Assembly: GCA_002387735.1 (NCBI GenBank)
Contig: DGKJ01000051.1
Coordinates: 43,363-95,694 of the forward strand
DNA from: Bacteriovoracaceae bacterium UBA4573
GTDB taxonomy: Bacteria; Bdellovibrionota; UBA1018; UBA923
Length of the DNA stretch: 52,332 bases
Direction of reading: 5' to 3'
Both the position numbers and the translations under genes were made by a program. Below the pieces are notes generated by a model. The model made no database searches. It saw only the letters and a program-made list of their open reading frames with translations, and was not told where the DNA came from. Of the stretch, positions 41,170-52,332 are shown piece by piece; positions within the stretch are counted from its first letter, which is position 1, and the number at the start of each line of letters is the position of its first letter.

Positions 41170-41728
41170 ATCAATATTTGCGCTTTGCACACAGCTTATC
41201 CACATAACATTGCAAGTTATCCACAAGACACCCCCTACTTATCCACAGCCGGGGTAATACCTGTCCACATTTCAATTTTGCGTCTTTGACTTATCCACAA
41301 TGCACCCAAAAATCTGTGGATAACCCTGTGGATAACTTGTGGATAAGTTTTCTGTTCAAAAGTTATCCACAGAGTTATCCACCGACTTATCCACAAGGAA
41401 ATCAAAATAATTCCAAATAATTAACTTAGTTATCCACATTATCCACAAGGCGGAACTATCCACATGCGAACTCAAACTCTTAAAAGTTATCCACACCTGT
41501 GGATAACTCTCGAAAAATACCCGTAGCTTGGCGCAGCAATTATTGGGTTATCCACAACGTGCTGCGAAAATTGTGGATAACTTTTTAATTACAAAATGTT
41601 ATCCACAGATCCCTGTTGAAAACCTGTGGATAAAGTGGTTTAAAACCTCCGATGAGGGGTTTTCCACAATTTGGTTCGAGTTATCCACAGAGTTATCCAC
41701 CGAGTTATCCACACGGAAAATTCTTTTT

Positions 41729-41741
41729 TATCAAGGGCTTG
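41729..41741 (+). promoter_or_regulatory. IHF binding site in oriC
   Basis: TATCAAGGGCTTG matches WATCAANNNNTTR and is preceded by an A/T tract. Confidence 0.7.
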
Positions 41742-41747
41742 GTTGAG

Positions 41748-41806
41748 TTATCCACACTATCCACAGCCTTATTACTACTACTGTATTTATATATATTAAT
41801 TATTTA
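41748..41806 (+). other. Basal unwinding element: tandem DnaA boxes, GCC, DnaA-trios, AT-rich DUE
   Basis: TTATCCACA CTATCCACA GCC TTA TTA CTA CTA CTG, then 23 nt of A/T only. Confidence 0.8.
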
Positions 41807-41832
41807 GAAGGTGGAGAGTTGAGGAGAACATC

Positions 41833-42942
41833 ATGAAGTTTACACTTCAAAAAGATAGCTTTCTTGAAGCGCTTCAAAAAGTTCAAAACGTCGTTGAGCG
41901 AAAGAACACTGTTCAGATTCTTTCTAACGTTCTTCTGACCACTGACAAGGATTCACTCTCACTAACAGCGACCGATCTTGAAGTAGGTATTGTCGTTAAT
42001 CAACCAGTGGATAAGTCCAGTGAAGGTAAGGTTGCAATCTCAGCTAAAAATCTTGTGGAGATTGTGAAAGAGCTCCCAAATAAAGCTGTTACACTCACCA
42101 AAAAAGATAACAACTGGGTTGAGATATCCTGTCAGAAGTCCACTTTTAATCTTGTGGGTTTAAGTGCAGAAGAGTTTCCACCACTTCCAGCTTTTGAAAG
42201 TAAATCCTTTCTAAAAGTAAATGCAGCGGCTGCTCGTGAAATGATTGATCGCACGCTATTTGCTGTTTCGACCGACGAAACTCGTTATCACCTCAACGGG
42301 GTGTTTTTCGAAACAATTGAAAACGGCCTCATTCGTATGGTGGCTACCGATGGCCACCGCCTTTCGTTTATCGATCGAGAACTTTTTCTATCGAAAACGG
42401 ACCAGTTTGAACGCGGCATCATAATTCCCAAAAAAGGGTTAGGAGAGTTGCGCCGCTTGATCGAGGGTAAGGTAGATGAATTCTCGCTTGCTCTAGATAA
42501 AGGCAATCTTTTGGTAAAACTCGACCGTACTTTGCTCTTTATTCGCCTTATAGAAGGTGATTACCCAGATTATGAGCAAGTGATGCCAAAGAAGGCCGAT
42601 CGACGTTTGACGGTCGACCGTGAAGAGTTCTTGGGCAGTCTGCGAAGGGTGTCTCTTCTAGCTAATGAAAAAAGCAGAGGCGTGAAGCTGGCGCTCTCGG
42701 CCAATAATCTCGTTATCACTTCAAGTAATTCCGACTTAGGCGATGCAAAAGAAGAACTTGATGTGGATTATTCTGCGGAACAAGTCGAAATCGGCTTTAA
42801 TGCTCGGTATGTAATTGAATGCCTATCCATCTTGGATTGCGAAAAAGTGACGTTTGATCTCAATGACAAGTTGAGTCCTGGCCTATTGCGGCCAGCCGGT
42901 CGTTCAGATTACACCTACATAGTCATGCCGATGCGAATTTAG
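41833..42942 (+). CDS. dnaN: DNA polymerase III beta clamp
   Basis: LTATDLE, STDETRYHLNG, VATDGHRL, RLIEGDYPDY, C-terminal MPMRI. Confidence 0.98.
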   Translation: MKFTLQKDSFLEALQKVQNVVERKNTVQILSNVLLTTDKDSLSLTATDLEVGIVVNQPVDKSSEGKVAISAKNLVEIVKELPNKAVTLTKKDNNWVEISCQKSTFNLVGLSAEEFPPLPAFESKSFLKVNAAAAREMIDRTLFAVSTDETRYHLNGVFFETIENGLIRMVATDGHRLSFIDRELFLSKTDQFERGIIIPKKGLGELRRLIEGKVDEFSLALDKGNLLVKLDRTLLFIRLIEGDYPDYEQVMPKKADRRLTVDREEFLGSLRRVSLLANEKSRGVKLALSANNLVITSSNSDLGDAKEELDVDYSAEQVEIGFNARYVIECLSILDCEKVTFDLNDKLSPGLLRPAGRSDYTYIVMPMRI

Positions 42943-42971
42943 CGTCCAAAATACGAAGATGCGATGACGCG

Positions 42972-47521
<4,550 letters not shown>

Positions 47522-47541
47522 ATATTTAGGAAAAAATCATT

Positions 47542-50064
47542 ATGACTCAAGAAACAAACGTCGAAAAAAATCACATTACCGTAAATATCGAAGATGAAAT
47601 GCGCGGCGCCTACTTAGATTATGCAATGAGCGTAATCGTAGGACGCGCCCTTCCCGACGTGCGTGACGGATTAAAACCAGTTCATAGACGGGTTTTATAC
47701 GCAATGTACGACCTCGGTAATACCTATAATAAACCCTATAAAAAATCGGCGCGTGTCGTGGGTGACGTTATTGGTAAATACCACCCACACGGTGACACCG
47801 CTGTTTACGATACGATGGTCCGAATGGCGCAAGATTTTTCTTTGCGTTACACCCTTATTGATGGTCAGGGAAATTTCGGTTCTATCGACGGCGATAGCCC
47901 AGCGGCGATGCGTTACACCGAGGTCAGAATGTCTCGTGTTGCCGACGAAATGTTGAGTGATCTCGATAAAGAAACCGTAGATCACGGACCAAACTATGAC
48001 GACTCTCTAAAAGAGCCGCTCGTCATGCCTTCAAGACTACCGAATCTCATTATCAACGGCTCAAGCGGTATCGCAGTCGGTATGGCAACCAACATACCAC
48101 CTCACAACCTCACAGAAGTTTGTGATGCGGTGATTTCGCTCATTCGAAATCCAAAAATGACCATTGAAGAATTGTGCACCTATATAAAAGGGCCGGACTT
48201 TCCCACTGGCGGAATTATTTGCGGAGCCGACGGCTTGAGATCTGCCTATCGAACAGGAAAAGGTGTCATTCAAGTACGAGCAAAGACGACACTTGAGAGC
48301 AGCAAAAAAGGCGATAAAGAAGCCATTATCGTAACAGAACTACCCTACCAGGTGAATAAAGCGAAACTTATCGAGAAAATTGCTGAGCTAGTTAAAGATA
48401 AAAGAATTGAAGGAATTTCTGACCTTCGCGATGAGTCCGACCGCAACGGCATGAGAATCGTTATTGAGCTAAAGCGCGGTGAAAATTCGCAGGTTATTTT
48501 GAATAACCTGTTTAAGCTTACACCGATGCAAGACAGTTTCGGTATCATCATGCTGGCATTACATCAAAATCAGCCAAAGGTTTTTAACATCAAGGATATG
48601 TTGGCTGCTTTCGTAGAACACCGAAAAGAAATTGTTGTTAGACGGACTATATTTGATCTTAAGAAAGCTGAAGCTCGTGCCCATATTTTAGAGGGTTTGA
48701 AAAAAGCGGTAGAAAATATTGATGATGTAGTTACTCTCATTAAATCGGCGAAAAACCCGGACGAAGCTCGCAGCGGCCTAATGTCGAAGTACTCTTTTAC
48801 CGAAATTCAAGCTCAAGCAATTTTAGATATGCGGCTACAAAGACTCACAGGTCTTGAGCGCGATAAGATTGTTGAAGAGTATAAAGAAATTCTCGGCGTA
48901 ATTGAAAAATTGAAGGCAATTCTAGCCTCGGAAAAACTAGTTCTCGATATTATTGTCGACGAACTGGAAGAGTTGAAGAAGGCCTACGGTGATGCACGTC
49001 GCACCGAAATTATGGAAGGGGCGCTCTCAGACATAGACACTGAGGATTTAATTGCAGACGAAGAAATGATCGTAGCAATTACTCATACCGGTTTCGTAAA
49101 GCGATCTAGCCCAACCCTGTATCGTAGCCAAAGGCGCGGTGGTCGAGGAGTTCGTGGCATTACCACTGGTGAAGAGGATTTCGTGTCCTCAATCTTTAGA
49201 ACTACTAACCTGAGCTATCTGCTGTGTTTTACCAATAAAGGTAGGATGCATTGGCTCAAAGTATATAAAATTCCAGAAGGCAGTAAACAGTCCAAAGGCA
49301 AAGCGATAGTAAATTTAATTAATCTAGCGCCGCACGAACAAATAAAAGCGATTCTTCCAGTGCGAGAGTTTATCGAAGATCGTTTTATCGTGATGGTTAC
49401 TAAAAAGGGCGTAATAAAAAAGACCGGATTAAATGATTTTAGCAATGTTCGAGCTGCCGGAATTATTGCCCTTACTATTGATGAAGGCGACGAGTTGGCC
49501 GCAGCACGAATAACCAATGGAAAACAGCACATATTTCTTTGTTCTAAAAACGGCATGAGCATTCGTTTTGACGAGGAAGATGTACGGTCAATGGGCCGGT
49601 CCGCAAGAGGCGTGCGCGGAATTGAATTGGACGAAGGTGACGTAGTTGTTGGAGTTGAAGCTCTGGATCCAGCCGATAAAACCGCAACCATCTTGACCGT
49701 TACCAATTTGGGTTACGGAAAACGTACAGAACCAGAAGAATATCGAATTCAGTCCCGGGGTGGAAAAGGCATCATTACGATGAAGACCACCGATAAGACG
49801 GGAGAAGTTATTGGTACTAAATCAGTAACTGACAAAGATGATCTCATGGTCATTACTGATAAAGGCCAAACTATTCGAATCAAAATTGCGGAAATTCGCT
49901 CGATGGGTCGAAACACCCAAGGTGTGCGCGTGATCAACGTTAACTCCGGAGAACACGTGGTTGGCATTGAACATTTGGCAGAGAGTGAAACCGAAGAAGA
50001 TTTGGGAGCAGTCGGCGAAACCCCGACAAGCGCGCCGGTTAGCAATGGAGCAGATCATTCTTAA
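47542..50064 (+). CDS. gyrA: DNA gyrase subunit A
   Basis: [25 protein letters not shown], GyrA-box QRRGGRG, acidic tail. Confidence 0.98.
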   Translation: MTQETNVEKNHITVNIEDEMRGAYLDYAMSVIVGRALPDVRDGLKPVHRRVLYAMYDLGNTYNKPYKKSARVVGDVIGKYHPHGDTAVYDTMVRMAQDFSLRYTLIDGQGNFGSIDGDSPAAMRYTEVRMSRVADEMLSDLDKETVDHGPNYDDSLKEPLVMPSRLPNLIINGSSGIAVGMATNIPPHNLTEVCDAVISLIRNPKMTIEELCTYIKGPDFPTGGIICGADGLRSAYRTGKGVIQVRAKTTLESSKKGDKEAIIVTELPYQVNKAKLIEKIAELVKDKRIEGISDLRDESDRNGMRIVIELKRGENSQVILNNLFKLTPMQDSFGIIMLALHQNQPKVFNIKDMLAAFVEHRKEIVVRRTIFDLKKAEARAHILEGLKKAVENIDDVVTLIKSAKNPDEARSGLMSKYSFTEIQAQAILDMRLQRLTGLERDKIVEEYKEILGVIEKLKAILASEKLVLDIIVDELEELKKAYGDARRTEIMEGALSDIDTEDLIADEEMIVAITHTGFVKRSSPTLYRSQRRGGRGVRGITTGEEDFVSSIFRTTNLSYLLCFTNKGRMHWLKVYKIPEGSKQSKGKAIVNLINLAPHEQIKAILPVREFIEDRFIVMVTKKGVIKKTGLNDFSNVRAAGIIALTIDEGDELAAARITNGKQHIFLCSKNGMSIRFDEEDVRSMGRSARGVRGIELDEGDVVVGVEALDPADKTATILTVTNLGYGKRTEPEEYRIQSRGGKGIITMKTTDKTGEVIGTKSVTDKDDLMVITDKGQTIRIKIAEIRSMGRNTQGVRVINVNSGEHVVGIEHLAESETEEDLGAVGETPTSAPVSNGADHS

Positions 50065-50086
50065 AGTGTTCGTGATTTGGTCTTTT

Positions 50087-50899
50087 GTGAAAAACGACAG
50101 ATTTGTTCGAAGAGCATTGATTAGGCCATTGTTAGTTTCGATTTTGCTGGTGTGTTGCGCTTGCAATATGCAAGCGGACAAGAACCACTACGTTTTAGCC
50201 GAGCGACTATTTTCAGATCACAAATACGCAGCAGCTGTTGCCGAGTTCCAAAAGATCATCGACAGTAATCCGAGGGGTCCGCTAACTCACCAGGCCCTAT
50301 TTCGAATAGCGGTGATTCAATATTTGTATCTCGAGCGTTACCAGGATTCGATTAATACATTTCGTCAATTCATCGCATTATCTCAAAATGAAGAGCTCGT
50401 GTACCAGGCTGAAAAAAGCGTAGGGGAAATTTTTTTTTCCAAAACGGAAAATTACCGTAGTGCGGTAGATCAATATAAGAGACTCATCGAAAAATACCCT
50501 AATTCAAAAGAGGGTGATTTTTTTCATTATCGATTGGCTAAAAGTTATTACGGAGCGCTCCGATTTGCCGATGCTATTCAGACCTATAAAGAATTTCTCG
50601 ATAAATATCCCAAAAGTGAGTTGGCGGCAGATGCTAGTTACCAAATAGGTAACACGCTTTTCACTCAAGGTGATTGTGAAGCCGCCGTAAAGGCATTTGA
50701 AAATGTTATCAAAAGTTTTCCCAATAGCGATGTTGCCATATTCGCTCAGTTCGGAGTTGGAAATTGTTATGAAGAAACCGGAAGGACTTCTGAGGCACTC
50801 AATCTGTACAAAACTCTTGTGGACCGCTACCCTACCAAGTCCATCATAGAGGCCAAAATTAAGCGACTTCAGTCGAAAGAGGAGTCAAGGATTCGCTAG
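50087..50899 (+). CDS. TPR-repeat lipoprotein (BamD/CpoB-like)
   Basis: Signal ending LLVCCAC; repeated TPRs with YP.S/FP.S turns; start codon uncertain (track start 49961 overlaps gyrA). Confidence 0.8.
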   Translation: MKNDRFVRRALIRPLLVSILLVCCACNMQADKNHYVLAERLFSDHKYAAAVAEFQKIIDSNPRGPLTHQALFRIAVIQYLYLERYQDSINTFRQFIALSQNEELVYQAEKSVGEIFFSKTENYRSAVDQYKRLIEKYPNSKEGDFFHYRLAKSYYGALRFADAIQTYKEFLDKYPKSELAADASYQIGNTLFTQGDCEAAVKAFENVIKSFPNSDVAIFAQFGVGNCYEETGRTSEALNLYKTLVDRYPTKSIIEAKIKRLQSKEESRIR

Positions 50900-50957
50900 T
50901 CCCAACCTTCGATTGACCGGCATTTTTACTCATGGTAACGGTGCGTTAAATTTAAGA

Positions 50958-51164
50958 ATGTATCAAAAGTTTGCCCAGGCATTTGGAATGGTTATGCAGG
51001 TGTTTTTTCTGAGCCTGGCCGGTTTTGTAGTTGGTTACGGTTTAGACACCGTCGTCGTAGTATCAAAACCATGGCTTTCGATCATACTAGCTTTTGGTGG
51101 TATTAGCCTCGGATTTTATCGACTTTATAAATGGTATATCAATGACTCAAACACAAGCACCTGA
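50958..51164 (+). CDS. AtpZ/AtpI-family small membrane protein
   Basis: GFVVGYGLD...PWLSIILAFGGISLGFY two-TM pattern, upstream of atpB. Confidence 0.8.
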   Translation: MYQKFAQAFGMVMQVFFLSLAGFVVGYGLDTVVVVSKPWLSIILAFGGISLGFYRLYKWYINDSNTST

Positions 51165-51546
51165 TCACCTACTTTTAAGAGCAAATGCCTTTTTTGGTAT
51201 TGCGGGGCTATTTTTCTTTTTTCAATTTGGCGACATGATTTCGGTTAAGTCCTTTCTGGTAGGGTGGGCCATTGCTGTCGTTAACCTTGAGCTTCTTCGT
51301 CGGATCATGAAGATTTTGATTGCCTACTATAACGGTCAAAAACCGAGTAAGTTGATTTACTTTTTAGTATTCGCAAAACTTTCGTTTTGGGGTGTGGTGA
51401 TCGCCGCATTTTCAAAGCTCGATTGGATACACCCCCTCCCCTTTGTAATTGGGACTCTAACGATCCTCGTAGCCGGATTTGCATTTGGTTTTAGAGAGTT
51501 TTTTAGAGACAAAACGGCCACTTTGCGTGTAGGTCAGCAGGAATAA
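51142..51546 (+). CDS. atpI: ATP synthase protein I-like (4 TM)
   Basis: Four hydrophobic segments with SFLVG...VN and K at the expected position; directly before atpB. Confidence 0.7.
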   Translation: MTQTQAPDHLLLRANAFFGIAGLFFFFQFGDMISVKSFLVGWAIAVVNLELLRRIMKILIAYYNGQKPSKLIYFLVFAKLSFWGVVIAAFSKLDWIHPLPFVIGTLTILVAGFAFGFREFFRDKTATLRVGQQE

Positions 51547-51558
51547 GGATTTTAGCGT

Positions 51559-52263
51559 ATGCACGGAGAACATTCATTTACGTGGATTAGTTTGATTCCA
51601 GGCCTGGAACATGCGCCGAATCACGTGGTGATGACGGTAATTGTTGCTATTCTAGCCGTGGTTATGGGCGGGATTGCCACTATGCAGCTTAATGCCGCAG
51701 GTGGAGCCATCATTGTTCCGGAATCCAAGCTCACTTTTCGCAATTTTTTCGATTTAGTCGCAGAGAAGCTTTACGGATTTTGCGAAACGACCCTAGGTGA
51801 GCATGAAGCCAAAACCTATTTTCCAGTGATAGGCACGCTTTTTATTTTTATATTTTTCTCAAATCTTTTTGGATTAATTCCAGGGTTTTTACCTTCGACC
51901 GACAATATCAATACAACGTTGGCGGTCGGTTTATTTGTTTTCATTTTTTATAATATTCAGGGTTTCAAAGCTAACGGAGTTGGGTATCTAAAACACTTCC
52001 TTGGTCCGGTTTGGTATTTGGCTCCTCTGATGTTGGTGATTGAAATTGTTTCTCACGTGTTTCGCCCTCTCAGCTTGGCGCTGCGTCTTCGCGGAAACAT
52101 TCAGGGTGATCACGTGGTATTGGGAGTTATGTCGTCATTGGTGCCGTATTTGGTACCCGTGATTTTCATGCTCTTGGGTTTGTTTGTAGCCTTTGTGCAG
52201 GCATTTGTTTTTTGTCTGTTAACAATGGTTTACATCTCGTTATCAACTGCGCACGACCATTGA
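51559..52263 (+). CDS. atpB: ATP synthase subunit a
   Basis: FSNLFGLIPG, NINTT, EIVSHVFRPLSLALRL.GN, QAFVFCLLTMVY. Confidence 0.96.
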   Translation: MHGEHSFTWISLIPGLEHAPNHVVMTVIVAILAVVMGGIATMQLNAAGGAIIVPESKLTFRNFFDLVAEKLYGFCETTLGEHEAKTYFPVIGTLFIFIFFSNLFGLIPGFLPSTDNINTTLAVGLFVFIFYNIQGFKANGVGYLKHFLGPVWYLAPLMLVIEIVSHVFRPLSLALRLRGNIQGDHVVLGVMSSLVPYLVPVIFMLLGLFVAFVQAFVFCLLTMVYISLSTAHDH

Positions 52264-52277
52264 AAGGAGAACGAGCA

Positions 52278-52332
52278 GTGAAAAATATGAGAATTTGGTT
52301 AGTATTGGTGGCTACTTTTTTAGTGAGCTGCG
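52278..52332 (+). CDS. atpE: Probable ATP synthase subunit c, 5' fragment only
   Basis: AGGAG SD, GTG start MKNMRIWLVLVATFLVSC directly after atpB; identity inferred from position only. Confidence 0.55.
   Translation, partial: MKNMRIWLVLVATFLVSC

Larger units (their letters stand above)
41170..41832. other. Chromosomal replication origin oriC
   Basis: dnaA-dnaN intergenic region with 20 perfect TTATCCACA boxes plus 5 single-mismatch boxes, an IHF site, DnaA-trios and an AT-only tract; gene orientation flips just upstream, at rpmH/dnaA. Confidence 0.96.

Noticed and set aside
41528-41746. 72-aa ORF with ELSTELSTELST repeats
   Set aside because: It is a translation of the 12-bp-period DnaA boxes inside oriC.
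41190-41770. Repeat array as CRISPR or iterons
   Set aside because: Repeats are 9-mer DnaA boxes in both orientations with irregular spacing; no cas or rep genes.

Overview
Replication-origin region of a bacterial chromosome, probably Bdellovibrionota/deltaproteobacterium-like. That assignment is inferred from gene order: parAB-bactofilin-atpF'FHAGDC on one side and gyrA-TPR-atpZ/I-atpB-atpE on the other. Left to right: partial flgF with a sigma54-type promoter; folD-gcvT-H-PA-PB; TonB protein; stand-alone receiver domain; xseB-tlyA-pseudo-patatin-PBP1A; lytic transglycosylase; a large repeat surface protein; F1/stator ATP synthase genes; bactofilin; parAB, rsmG and mnmG with three parS sites; an ~8.3 kb block between mnmG and mnmE (truncated class II RNR, aldehyde dehydrogenase, isobutyryl-CoA-mutase-type IcmAB, bcd-crt-hbd); mnmE-yidC-yidD-rnpA-rpmH; dnaA; oriC; dnaN-recF-gyrB-fabH-gyrA; and the Fo genes. 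The oriC is very box-rich: 20 perfect DnaA boxes by hand count, a duplicated box/IHF module and DnaA-trios. No rRNA, tRNA, CRISPR array or mobile element was seen. Most notable are the modular oriC, the B12-dependent block and FabH wedged into conserved origin operons, parS overlapping the mnmG start codon, and recurring leaderless/bidirectional promoters. All calls come from motif reading; no searches were run.
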